DNA of 64,000 bases from contig CDROCS010001089.1 of NCBI GenBank assembly GCA_977020255.1, positions 186,001 to 250,000 on the forward strand, read 5' to 3'. Of the stretch, positions 1 to 9,864 are shown one piece after another. Every line of letters begins with the position of its first letter. Within the stretch, counting starts at the first letter, position 1. The notes beneath the pieces were generated by a model, which saw only the letters and a program-made list of their open reading frames with translations, made no database searches and was not told the DNA's origin. The position numbers and the translations under genes were made by a program. This stretch comes from Obrimoposthia wandeli. Its lineage: Eukaryota.

Positions 1-90
1 AACTATACTCTTAAGCTACTACTAATAATCAATTACAGGTGCTGTTTTTGCTATTTTAAGCACCTGTTTACACCTATTTTAACATCTAGT

Positions 91-636
91 TCAACGCCAT
101 TTAATAGAACAACCCATGCTCGGCTTTTGAATTTTCGGCCCTTGCCCTGTCTCGGCTATTAGCTGCATCGCATTAACTAATTCAGCTACGCGGTTGCTAG
201 CATCTCCCATAGCGGCATCATCTAATCGGCCTCTATACTGTAGCTCTCCTCGGTGATTGAAACCAAAAAAATCAGGTGTACACACGGCGCCGTAAGCCTT
301 ACCTACTGTTTGCTCTTCATCAACTAAATACGGGAAACCAAACCCGTGCTCAGTGGAGAATTTTTGCATATTTGCTGGGGAGTCCGCATCAACGTGCTGG
401 TAATCGTTAGACATAATAGCAATAACATTAATCCCCTGCGCCATTAACAATGCGGTATCTTGGGCAAGGCGAGTTGCTATGGCTTTTACATAAGGGCAGT
501 GATTACATATAAAAGCGATCAACAATCCTTTATTACCCAGTTGTTCGGTTAATGAAAAAGACTCTGCCTGTGGCGTTTTTAGCGTGAACTCAGGCGCTTG
601 CCAACCGAAATCACAGATGGGTGTATCTAATAGCAT
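91..636 (-). CDS. Thioredoxin-fold protein, AhpC/TSA (peroxiredoxin-like) family
   Basis: FICNHCPYV CxxC motif, GAVCTPDFF and C-terminal SMGCSIKW are typical of this family. Confidence 0.88.
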   Translation of the reverse strand: MLLDTPICDFGWQAPEFTLKTPQAESFSLTEQLGNKGLLIAFICNHCPYVKAIATRLAQDTALLMAQGINVIAIMSNDYQHVDADSPANMQKFSTEHGFGFPYLVDEEQTVGKAYGAVCTPDFFGFNHRGELQYRGRLDDAAMGDASNRVAELVNAMQLIAETGQGPKIQKPSMGCSIKWR

Positions 637-683
637 AATGAGCTCCTTATAGACCAGTAAATGAAGATCTTTGCATATAATAG

Positions 684-837
684 CATTAGTGTCCGGTTTA
701 ATTTTTGTTGCTCTCTAACTCATTGATTTTACGTTAACGGAAAAAAATTCTTCAGCTAAAAAATATCCATTTTTCCATGATAGAAAACCACAAATCAATG
801 AGTTAGAGGGCTTACATTTTTTAACCGGACAGCAATG
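684..837. mobile_element. MITE family A, copy 1
   Basis: Ends CATTAGTGTCCGGTT / AACCGGACAGCAATG; internal inverted CTCTAACTCATTGATTT / AAATCAATGAGTTAGAG; perfect 9-bp flanking duplication ATATAATAG (675-683, 838-846). Confidence 0.9.
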
Positions 838-922
838 ATATAATAGCTTAATATAGCAACACACAAGCAAAACATAGTTGCGCGCTAATTATGGCTAACA
901 CATACAAAGATCACACTATGCA

Positions 923-1408
923 CTACTGATTAGCAGAATACCCAAAGATATCGTTATTATTGCTAGACTCACCTGTTATTTTTTCTTCAATATCCCAATG
1001 CTCTACAATTTTACCAGTATCATTAAAGCGAAAGATATCCATATAGCCAGTGCCTAAATCACCTTTTACATCTAAGTTTATTTGGCGAGAGTGTACTAAT
1101 ACCATATCTCCCATGGCGATGGTTATAAAAACGTACTTTGTTCTTAGCTACCAAGATTAATATGGATTAAATGTATTGATCAGCTACAGTAGTGTCTGAC
1201 GGAAACTGTAGCTAAAATAGAGTGTCTAATAGACATCAGTCTCCGGTAATTTTTCAGGTGCTTGCTGGTAGTGATCCCAATGTTCAACTAACTTACCACC
1301 TGCTACGCGCCAAACATCAACATAGACATACGTTTCACCACTAGAAGTGGTCCAAGCAGAGTGAATAGCAACATAATCGTCTTCGGCAATTGTGCGTAAT
1401 ATCTCAAG
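923..1408 (-). pseudogene. Fragments of a tandem SnoaL-like/NTF2-domain protein
   Basis: Two disconnected C-terminal halves: 1226-1408 (RTIAEDDYVAIHS...DVWRVAGGKLVEHWD) and 923-1114 (GDMVLVHSR...DIFRFNDTGKIVEHWD); N-terminal halves missing. Confidence 0.7.
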
Positions 1409-1570
1409 AGCACGCAGATAATAGCCCGAGAGCGTGACGATACAACATCTTCATAAACCCAGCGATTTTAATCGATATCGAATCCTCTGCCGTTGCATTA
1501 GACGTAAAGCCGCTTATTATTAATTAACAAGTTCAACAAGTCACTTTTTATTAGTGGCCGCCTTTTGCGC

Positions 1571-2488
1571 ATGTACGTTTACCAGCGCTTTAATTTTAAA
1601 CGTATTGCCTGGGCGCAGCATTGTGGCCACGCCAAAAGCTGATGAATTAAGCGGTTCTAATAGCACAAATGGTGACGCCCGATCAGCGCGAACAATGCAA
1701 AGCGGCAAAAAAGGCAACAAGCGCCACTGCATTTGCCAGGCCACACTATAATGCATTAGTGGATTTAATGAAGCAGATTTATTCCAAACCAGGCACTACA
1801 GTGCCCAGAAACAGTGATTTTTAGTTTTAAAATCACAAGGCCATGCGTGGTAGCCTATCTTTTCAATATGGTATTGGCGGGCGCCCGGGGGTTGCTGCCC
1901 ATAAATGGTTAAAAGAGCTATGATCCTAGTCAACCATAAATCACCTTAATAGAGTGAATGAATAAAGAGCTGCTTTGCGCTAGCGCCAGCGCTTTAAAAA
2001 TGCCATTGGGCCCGCGAACAATGCAGCATTTTTATAATGCTCATGAATGGTTCCATGCATTTGATCACTATCTGGCTGATAAAGTATTTAGCGATATTAC
2101 TGAAGTTTCTGCCACTAGCCTGTTTGCCTCTAATGCATGGTTAAGCGATGCCACCCCTATTCCACACTCGCTCAACGATAAACTTTATCAATGTTTTAAA
2201 AGCATCATGCTAAGTGAAGATGGCAAGCAGCCCAGTGCTCTGTTTAAAGCCAGCTCACAAATAGATCGCAAACTTAACAGCAATTATTATGCGAGACCTG
2301 AAGAAATATGCGCCCGCGCCTTTGAAGCTTTTATCGCAGATAGCATTCCTAACAATGCTTTTTTAGTGACAGGTACCATCAACAGCGAGGAAGCTAAACT
2401 AGGGCTTTACCCGCAACGCGAGCAACGCCAATTGATCAATCATGCGTTTAACGATTACTTTAGTTTGCTTGGGCTAGCGCTGGCGTAA
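1571..2488 (+). pseudogene. Frameshifted CLCA_X family / LPD1-like protein
   Basis: ORF 1958-2488 carries AHEWFHAFDHYL and YYARPEEICARAFEAF; the upstream family motif FQYGIGGRPGVAAH (~1861) and HYNALVDLM (~1742) are separated from it by stops and frame breaks; start approximate. Confidence 0.65.
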
Positions 2489-2578
2489 TAGCGGAATTTA
2501 TACGTATAAATTAGCATGTAGAGCCGGTTTTTAACGCATTATTATTGATTGCAGTCGTTATGCTGAGGTCTATTATGC

Positions 2579-4051
2579 TCAACGCACTACTTTATCCAGC
2601 CATTGCTGACGCTCATTCACGCACTCTCCCGCCAACACAAAGCCGAGTAACTGTCCCTGCTCATCAACGAACAAACCACGCATGCCTGACACTCCGTCAC
2701 AATTATAATTAGACTCTATCTGCCAACTTCCTTGTGCGAGCTGTTCAGGTAGTGGTGAAAGCAGTGTTATGGCAAAGGCAGGTGTTTTCACGATAACCGG
2801 CATCAATGGATACTGCGCCATGGTTGGCTTGCCTATTAAGCAATTTGCCAGCGCTTGAATGCTGTGGTTAATCGGCGCTATAAACGGCTGCATTCGCCCT
2901 TGTATTTGCGCGCAATCACCAAGGGCATAAATATCTGCTACATTGGTACGTAAACCACCGTTAACGATAATACCTGAGTCACAATTCACCCCTGCACTGC
3001 TGGCAAGCTCAGTGCGCGCTTTTAGGCCCACTGCGGATAGTACGATATCTGTTTTAAGCTGCAGCCCATCTGCTAATTTTAATAAATACCCTGGTTGCTC
3101 AACTAGTTTCTCGATAGTTTCAACACTATTCGCTAGATGCCAATCAACACCCAATGCGCTCAAACTCTGCTGAAATTGCTGACCAATCTCTTTAGGTAAT
3201 AAGCGATTCATCGCCCAATCGGCTAAACCAATCACTGCCACTTGATAGCCTTTACTGGCTAAGTCGTTAGCAAACTCACAACCTATTAGCCCACTGCCAA
3301 TAATGGTGACATGCGACTTTTTATGATTAAGTTCTACGCTGCTTTGCGTTTTATCAGTTTTATCGAGCAACTGCCTAAAGTGTCGATAATCTTGTAAATC
3401 ATTGACACTAAGCACATCACTGGCACCTGTGCCCTCAAAGCCCAAACGTATCGGTGCTGCTCCTTGTGCCAGCACCAATTTAGCGTATTTCACAACCCCC
3501 ATCGCCGTGTGTACTAAATGCTGCTGTTGATCAATGCTCTGTACTTGGCAGTTTGCGTATATTCGAATGTTAAGGCGCTGCTCTACTTCCATCAGCGTTT
3601 CGATGACTAAATTACCGGCTTCTTTATCACGCGCCAATGCATTGGAAAGTGCTGGTTTAGAATAATGATCACCATTATCAGTACTAAACATAATGATGGG
3701 TTGCTCAGGACTACGCTCACGCAACGCTTTTGCCAAGCCGTATCCTGCAAACCCGGTACCCACAATCACGATGGGTAGTAACTCAGTATTCACTGGATTT
3801 GGGTTTTGAGCTGCTGTTTGTAAAGTAGTTTGATTGGCCGAAGTTTGGTCAACTGACAGCTGCACAGGCTCTACTGCTTCAGTGATTTCCAACATCTCAA
3901 AATCTGCTTTGCCGACCCCGCAATCAGGACACACCCAATCATCAGCAATATCTTCCCAACGAGTGCCCGGCGCAATTCCATCACTAGGCGAGCCTTTAGC
4001 TTCATCGTAAATCCAACCGCAAATAATGCACAACCACTTCTTCATACACAT
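2579..4051 (-). CDS. Rubredoxin / rubredoxin-NAD(P)H reductase fusion
   Basis: N-terminal [11 protein letters not shown]...WVCPDCG rubredoxin, low-complexity linker, then FAD (IVGTGFAGY) and NAD ([11 protein letters not shown]) sites and DIYALGDCA. Confidence 0.88.
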   Translation of the reverse strand: MCMKKWLCIICGWIYDEAKGSPSDGIAPGTRWEDIADDWVCPDCGVGKADFEMLEITEAVEPVQLSVDQTSANQTTLQTAAQNPNPVNTELLPIVIVGTGFAGYGLAKALRERSPEQPIIMFSTDNGDHYSKPALSNALARDKEAGNLVIETLMEVEQRLNIRIYANCQVQSIDQQQHLVHTAMGVVKYAKLVLAQGAAPIRLGFEGTGASDVLSVNDLQDYRHFRQLLDKTDKTQSSVELNHKKSHVTIIGSGLIGCEFANDLASKGYQVAVIGLADWAMNRLLPKEIGQQFQQSLSALGVDWHLANSVETIEKLVEQPGYLLKLADGLQLKTDIVLSAVGLKARTELASSAGVNCDSGIIVNGGLRTNVADIYALGDCAQIQGRMQPFIAPINHSIQALANCLIGKPTMAQYPLMPVIVKTPAFAITLLSPLPEQLAQGSWQIESNYNCDGVSGMRGLFVDEQGQLLGFVLAGECVNERQQWLDKVVR

Positions 4052-4127
4052 CTATTCTCAACAATTATAAACACTGCTCAGTTTTTAGCTTTTTTTATCT
4101 TGTAGCTCGCAACTCGTAGCTTCTAAC

Positions 4128-5651
4128 TTATACCCGAATCGCCACATTTTTAGTTTGCACATAGCTATACAACGCCTCTTGGCCTTTCTCGCGCCCGTAG
4201 CCTGATTGCCCTACTCCGCCGAACGGAGTTTCTATGCCACCGGCATACCATTCATTCACGAATATTTGCCCAGCTTGCAGTGCTCTACTTGCACGCATCG
4301 CACGGCTCAAATCTTTGGTAAATACTCCTGCGACTAAGCCAAAGTCAGTGCCATTAGCCAGTGCCCACGCTTCTTCTTCGCTATCAAAAGCACTGATGGC
4401 CACCACTGGTCCGAATACTTCTTCATTAAATATTGCCATCTGCGCACTCACATCTGCAAACACGGTCGGCTCTACAAAATAGCCTTGCGTCGCGTTCAGC
4501 TGTTGCGTTTGGGGATCAACTAACTGGGTGACCGCTTTGCCACCTGTCACTAAGGTTGCGCCTTCACTGATCGCTTTCTCGCAACAGCTAAGTACGCGTT
4601 GCTGTTGAACGTCACTGGTTAGCGGCGTTAGCTGTGCATTTTGCATACCTGTTCCTGCTTGTAAGCTTTTTGCTAAAGCTGTTACACGCTCAACTACTTG
4701 TGGATAGATATCTCGGTGCACTAAAATACGCGACATCGCCGAGCACACTTGCCCTGCATTAAAGAAGATTCCCCATTGCACACTATCTAGAAACTGTTCT
4801 ATATCAGCATCGGCAAACACCACTGCGGCAGATTTACCACCGAGTTCCATCACACAAGGTACCGCTCTATCGGCTGCTGATTTTAAAATACTTTTTCCGG
4901 TTGCCACTGAACCTGTGAACACAATATGATTTACATCTGGGTGGGCAACTAACGCCGCACCCGCTTCATGTCCGATACCATTGATCATGTTCACGGCGCC
5001 TTTTGGGACACCTGCACGCTGGCAGGCAGTCATCAGCCAGGTCATCGCAAGCGGCGTTAGCTCAGGTGATTTAATCACTACTGCATTGCCTGCCGCTAAG
5101 GCAGGAGCCAATGAGCGCGCGCAGATATCCACAGGAAAGTTCCAGGGGACTATCTGTGCACAAACACCTAACGGCTCGTAATATGTGAAATCGACATAGT
5201 CTTCACCTAAAGGGATTGAAGTGCCTTCGATCTTATCCGCCATACCTGCATAGTATTCAAAGTAGCGCGCTGCGATTAAAAACTCATCCCTAGCATCGTT
5301 TAACGTTTTACCATTTTCTTGCACCAGCAAAGGCGCTGCTTCATCGGCAATGTTACGAATCTCAATGGCTATTTTTAGCAGTAACTGCGCACGCACCGCA
5401 GGTCTACATTTTGTTAATACGCCTGATTCAACACAGCTTTTAGCAGCCATTACCGCCTTATCCACATCTCTGCTATTTGCACAGCTGATGCTGGCAAATA
5501 CTTGATCCGTTGCAGGATCTTTCACTAGAGTATGTTGTTGTGAATCTTGCCACTGCCCATCAATAAAGTTTAGCCAGTGATTATTCAACGTTCGAGATAC
5601 AGATGAGCTCATAATTGCTTCCGTGTTACATAAGTTAACTTTTAAAGACAT
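4128..5651 (-). CDS. NAD(P)-dependent aldehyde dehydrogenase
   Basis: PWNFP, FTGS, MELGGKS, NAGQVCSA catalytic Cys, EEVFGPV; true start may be MSSSV about 39 nt in. Confidence 0.93.
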   Translation of the reverse strand: MSLKVNLCNTEAIMSSSVSRTLNNHWLNFIDGQWQDSQQHTLVKDPATDQVFASISCANSRDVDKAVMAAKSCVESGVLTKCRPAVRAQLLLKIAIEIRNIADEAAPLLVQENGKTLNDARDEFLIAARYFEYYAGMADKIEGTSIPLGEDYVDFTYYEPLGVCAQIVPWNFPVDICARSLAPALAAGNAVVIKSPELTPLAMTWLMTACQRAGVPKGAVNMINGIGHEAGAALVAHPDVNHIVFTGSVATGKSILKSAADRAVPCVMELGGKSAAVVFADADIEQFLDSVQWGIFFNAGQVCSAMSRILVHRDIYPQVVERVTALAKSLQAGTGMQNAQLTPLTSDVQQQRVLSCCEKAISEGATLVTGGKAVTQLVDPQTQQLNATQGYFVEPTVFADVSAQMAIFNEEVFGPVVAISAFDSEEEAWALANGTDFGLVAGVFTKDLSRAMRASRALQAGQIFVNEWYAGGIETPFGGVGQSGYGREKGQEALYSYVQTKNVAIRV

Positions 5652-5656
5652 CGCTA

Positions 5657-6838
5657 TTACAGTGCATCTCGCGCATATTTGTTAGCCACCCACTGGTGAA
5701 AATGATGTGTGGGCCCATCTAGTACTGGAGAAAAAGCACCTCCTTGATAAGCAGGAGAGTTGCGCCCATTTTGCATGCCTTCTACTGCAAACACATCTTC
5801 ACCAAACACTACTTTCCAACTTTCTAATACTGCAGATCTACAGGCTGCATATTCATCCCCTGTGGCTTCTTTACCCACATAAGCTAATTGCAATTTTTCG
5901 ATAGTTTGATTTTGGCTTTGCGGCATTAATAAAACAGTAAAAACATGATCCGCTTGTACGCCTAACAAAATGTTAGGATATAAAGAGATGTACTCCGCTT
6001 GGCGAATTTTATCCCCAGGCCAAGCACTGAATTGCGGCAGCTTAGTACCTGCGATATCAGACAAATTATAACTGTAGCTCCCCTGGCCCGACATATCATC
6101 ATTAACGATAAGATTGTAATGCTGATCCAGCGGAGAGTAGGTATTCAAGCTTGGATGCACCCAAGGCAAATGATAGGCTTCACAATAATTTTCAACTGCC
6201 AACTTCCAGTTAGACGCAACCGTTAATTCCATACTACTGCCTGTGGCTGGAACGGCTAACTGCTCAAAACCATGCTCACCGGTAAAGGCTTCCCAACGAA
6301 TAACTAGCGGCTGTATATAATCGGCAAAATCATTGGCATCTCCTGACAAATTTATAAACACAATGTCATTCCATACATCTGATCTAACGGCGCGCAGCCC
6401 ATGTTTTTCACACACAAACCCTGCTGCTTTATGTACACCCACGCCACCGATATGCGGCGTTCCTTTTAAGTTGCCATTCAAATCGTAAGTCCATGAATGA
6501 TAAGGGCAACGCACCATGCCTTCTACTTCAGTTTCTTCACGCAGTAAAATCATGCCGCGATGACTACACACATTGTGGAAAACTTTTAGCTCCCCTTCAC
6601 GATTACGCATCACCGCTAACGGTAACCCCATGAAATCGACCGGCTTGGCAAAACCATTTTTAGGCAGTTCGCTGGCGAATAACAAACCCGCCCATGTCGT
6701 ACCTAGTACATGATCTCTTTCATAGCTAAATAACTCGGGATCATTGTAAACAGCATTGGGTAAACCTTGGGCTTGCTCAATGGGCTGACGCACTGCATCT
6801 AACGTCAGCATCGGGATCTGGTGTTGTGGTTTTGTCAT
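5657..6838 (-). CDS. Rieske non-heme iron oxygenase alpha subunit (choline monooxygenase / quaternary-amine oxygenase-like)
   Basis: CSHRG...CPYHSW Rieske motif; NWKLAVENYCEAYHLPWVH mononuclear Fe site; ED...EGMQ. Confidence 0.9.
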   Translation of the reverse strand: MTKPQHQIPMLTLDAVRQPIEQAQGLPNAVYNDPELFSYERDHVLGTTWAGLLFASELPKNGFAKPVDFMGLPLAVMRNREGELKVFHNVCSHRGMILLREETEVEGMVRCPYHSWTYDLNGNLKGTPHIGGVGVHKAAGFVCEKHGLRAVRSDVWNDIVFINLSGDANDFADYIQPLVIRWEAFTGEHGFEQLAVPATGSSMELTVASNWKLAVENYCEAYHLPWVHPSLNTYSPLDQHYNLIVNDDMSGQGSYSYNLSDIAGTKLPQFSAWPGDKIRQAEYISLYPNILLGVQADHVFTVLLMPQSQNQTIEKLQLAYVGKEATGDEYAACRSAVLESWKVVFGEDVFAVEGMQNGRNSPAYQGGAFSPVLDGPTHHFHQWVANKYARDAL

Positions 6839-7021
6839 GGCGAAATCTCAGTTTTTATTATTAGCATGAATAGCACTGGTTATATTCTTAGCTCGGATAT
6901 TGCATGAATGCCGTGAGCATATTGATCTATAAGTGCCTTTTTTAGCCGTATGAAAGGCTTAGGTATTTTGATAGTACAGAGTTAGAAACTCACCTGACAA
7001 ACGACTTTTCAGCGCCAATCT

Positions 7022-7036
7022 ATGAGAAAAACTCAT
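7022..7036. promoter_or_regulatory. Candidate LysR (T-N11-A) operator between the divergent Rieske and M24 genes
   Basis: Inverted repeat ATGAG-AAAAA-CTCAT containing T-N11-A; a LysR gene lies at 8697. Confidence 0.45.
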
Positions 7037-7191
7037 CACCTTTGAAAACAAGCCTACAACAACAGCGATCGCCGACTTGTAAACTTGAGCTAAACGCATA
7101 GCCCAATGACTTTTTATCACTTTACATAACTGCCAATTCAACCCTTAATATCCTCAGGTTTTAATAGCATAGATAACTAGGGTAATAACGG

Positions 7192-8475
7192 ATGGCACAG
7201 AACAGTTTCGTATCTCTATCTAATAATAATCAAAATAATGAAGCGCGTTTTGAGCAGCACAGTAGCCAGCAACCATTGGCTAATCCGGTTAGTAATGAAG
7301 TTCATCAAAGGGCCTGTCAATATCGCTTACAGCGGGTAAAGTCGCAATTGCTCAAAGCTGATTGCGGCGCCATTTTACTCTATGATCCTGTCAACATCCG
7401 CTACTCAACGGATAGCAGTAATATGCAAATTTGGACTTTGCACAACTATGCGCGCTACACCTTAGTTTTCGCTCAAGGCCCTGTTATTCATTGGGAATTT
7501 CACAATTGCGAGCACTTACTTGACAAGAACCAGCAAATCGATGAAATTCGTACAGCCATTAGTTGGAGCTACTTTGGCGCTGGCTCAAGAGTGCAAGAAA
7601 AAGCGCAGCAATGGGCTTGTGAAATCATCGATACCTTAAAACAGCACTTGGGCTCGCAGCTGCGCTTAGCGGTAGACATTGCAGAATTTGAAGGTTTGGC
7701 AATGCTGCAACAGCAAGGTGCGCAGTTAGTCGCTGGGCACAGCATTATGGAACAAGCGCGTAAAATAAAATCAGCAGATGAACTAGCACTCATGCGTTGG
7801 ACGATTGATGTTTGCCAAAAAGGCATTGCGCGAATGCACAGTGAATTGCGCTCAGGCATCAGCGAAAACGAGCTTTGGGCGTGGCTGCATTATGAAAATA
7901 TTCGCCACGGCGGCGAGTGGATAGAAACCCGCCTACTCTCTAGCGGCCCGCGCACTAATCCTTGGATGCAAGAATCGAGTTCGCGCATTATGCAACAGGG
8001 TGAATTGCTCAGTTTTGACACTGATTTAATCGGTCCTTATGGCTACTGCGCCGATATATCAAGAGCTTGGACAGTTGACCATACCCCTGCTACTCCAGAA
8101 CAGCGCAGGTTATACAATCTTGCTTATCAACAAGTGCAAACTAATATGGCGCTGTTAAAAGCGGGCTTGAGCTATCGAGAATTCAGTGAAAATGCATGGA
8201 AAATCCCCACAGAGTTTTATCACAATCGTTACTGCTGCATTAGTCACGGGGTTGGTCTTGCTGATGAAAATCCGGCCATTGCTCATCAAGGAGCTGACTG
8301 GCAAAGCTCTGGATACGACGGGGTATTTGAAGAGAACATGGTGGTTTGTGTGGAAAGTTATATCGGTGCACGAGGAGGGTGCGAAGGCGTTAAGCTAGAA
8401 CAGCAAGTGTTGATAACTAAAGAAGGTATTATTGAATTATCTAATTACCCTTGGCAGCAAGATTGGCTTGATTAG
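7192..8475 (+). CDS. M24B metallopeptidase-fold protein, DddP (DMSP lyase)-like
   Basis: DPVNIRYSTDSSNMQIW, SFDTDLIGPYGYCADISR, RYCCISHGVGLADE, CVESYIG, VKLEQQ mirror DddP metal ligands. Confidence 0.75.
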   Translation: MAQNSFVSLSNNNQNNEARFEQHSSQQPLANPVSNEVHQRACQYRLQRVKSQLLKADCGAILLYDPVNIRYSTDSSNMQIWTLHNYARYTLVFAQGPVIHWEFHNCEHLLDKNQQIDEIRTAISWSYFGAGSRVQEKAQQWACEIIDTLKQHLGSQLRLAVDIAEFEGLAMLQQQGAQLVAGHSIMEQARKIKSADELALMRWTIDVCQKGIARMHSELRSGISENELWAWLHYENIRHGGEWIETRLLSSGPRTNPWMQESSSRIMQQGELLSFDTDLIGPYGYCADISRAWTVDHTPATPEQRRLYNLAYQQVQTNMALLKAGLSYREFSENAWKIPTEFYHNRYCCISHGVGLADENPAIAHQGADWQSSGYDGVFEENMVVCVESYIGARGGCEGVKLEQQVLITKEGIIELSNYPWQQDWLD

Positions 8476-8696
8476 AATCATCTAGAATCAATAGCCACGA
8501 TTTCCTACACTATTCACGACATTAGCGAACATAATTGCACACGGCGCAATAACTCTAAGTCGCGTTTACGGCTAAATAGTGATACAAGGAAATGCCTAGG
8601 TTTTATAATTTCAGCGTCGACATAATAAATTTTTCGGCACACTGCCAAACGCGACGATCTAAAATGATCAAATGCCCTGCCAGCGAAGGATAATCA

Positions 8697-9593
8697 ATGC
8701 TGATCAAACCACTACCACCACTTAACAGCCTTGTCGCGTTTGCCGCTGCCGCTAGGCACTTAAGCTTTACCAGAGCCTCACTAGATTTGCATGTCACTCA
8801 AGGGGCTGTGAGCAGGCAAGTTCGGCACTTAGAAGATTATCTTGGCCAGGCGTTATTTGTCCGTGATAAACGCGCGTTAACACTCACGTCTACCGGGGTT
8901 GAATACTACAGTAGTATTCAACAATCATTACAGATGATCGCGGCGGCAACGGGCGATATCTTACAACAGGAGAGTGACAAGCAAGTCACCATTATTACTT
9001 CCAATGCGATGGCTTCGTTTTGGTTACTGCCGCGTATTAGCGAATTTCAAGAATTACATCCGGATGTCGATTTACGCATTTTAGCCGTTGATTCAGTTGA
9101 TAGTGTCAGTAGCAGTCGTTTCGATATTGCTTTATTTTACTGTACAACTCCACCGCAAGGCCTAGAGGCATCGCCGTTATTTAGCGAAAAAGTGTTCCCC
9201 GTTTGCAGCCCTGCTTACCTTGAAAAAATCCCACCATTAAATGGCCCTAGTGATTTAACCAAGGCAACGCTTTTGGCATTAGAAGTGAATGAAGAATGGG
9301 TCAACTGGCAAGATTTATTTCGTGAATGTTCGATTAACTATTCGCACGACGCTTATCGATGGATCAATATAAACAATTACCCTTTAGTTATTCAAGCGGC
9401 CCTTAATGGCCAAGGCTTAGCCCTTGCTTGGGAGAACTTAGTGGATGATTATATCGCCAGCGGCTTACTGGTACGCCCAATAAGCACTACCTTGGTGACT
9501 CGATCACAGTTTTATATGTTACAGCCACCTAAGCCTTTGTATCCAAAGCAAGGCGTTGCATACTTTAGGCAGTGGCTGTTATCAATTATTTGA
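8697..9593 (+). CDS. LysR family regulator (GcvA-like)
   Basis: LPPLNSLVAFAAAARHLSFTRAS...VTQGAVSRQVRHLE HTH; GQGLALAW. Confidence 0.93.
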   Translation: MLIKPLPPLNSLVAFAAAARHLSFTRASLDLHVTQGAVSRQVRHLEDYLGQALFVRDKRALTLTSTGVEYYSSIQQSLQMIAAATGDILQQESDKQVTIITSNAMASFWLLPRISEFQELHPDVDLRILAVDSVDSVSSSRFDIALFYCTTPPQGLEASPLFSEKVFPVCSPAYLEKIPPLNGPSDLTKATLLALEVNEEWVNWQDLFRECSINYSHDAYRWININNYPLVIQAALNGQGLALAWENLVDDYIASGLLVRPISTTLVTRSQFYMLQPPKPLYPKQGVAYFRQWLLSII

Positions 9594-9632
9594 TAGCTAA
9601 ACTTGTATAGTTTGGCTCACCGCTCAACCTAG

Positions 9633-9791
9633 GAGCCTGTCGGATTTAACGCTAATCTACTGCGAAAAATCGGAATTTGGCCATATTCCCCGCTCTTTCT
9701 CGTTAGATAGCCCGCTATTCGCCTCAAAATATCAGAAAATCTGCCTAAAATTTACTTTTTCTCACTACGATCGGTCAAACCCGACAGGCCC
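9633..9791. mobile_element. MITE family D (IS5-family-like), single copy
   Basis: TIRs GAGCCTGTCGGATTT / AAACCCGACAGGCCC (13/15), flanked by CTAG at 9629-9632 and 9792-9795; non-coding, between convergent genes. Confidence 0.75.
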
Positions 9792-9864
9792 CTAGAGCCG
9801 GCTAAACATGTCTACATTCCTAACCTCACCAAACAGTAAGGCTTAGGATAGTGCATGGCGCTAA

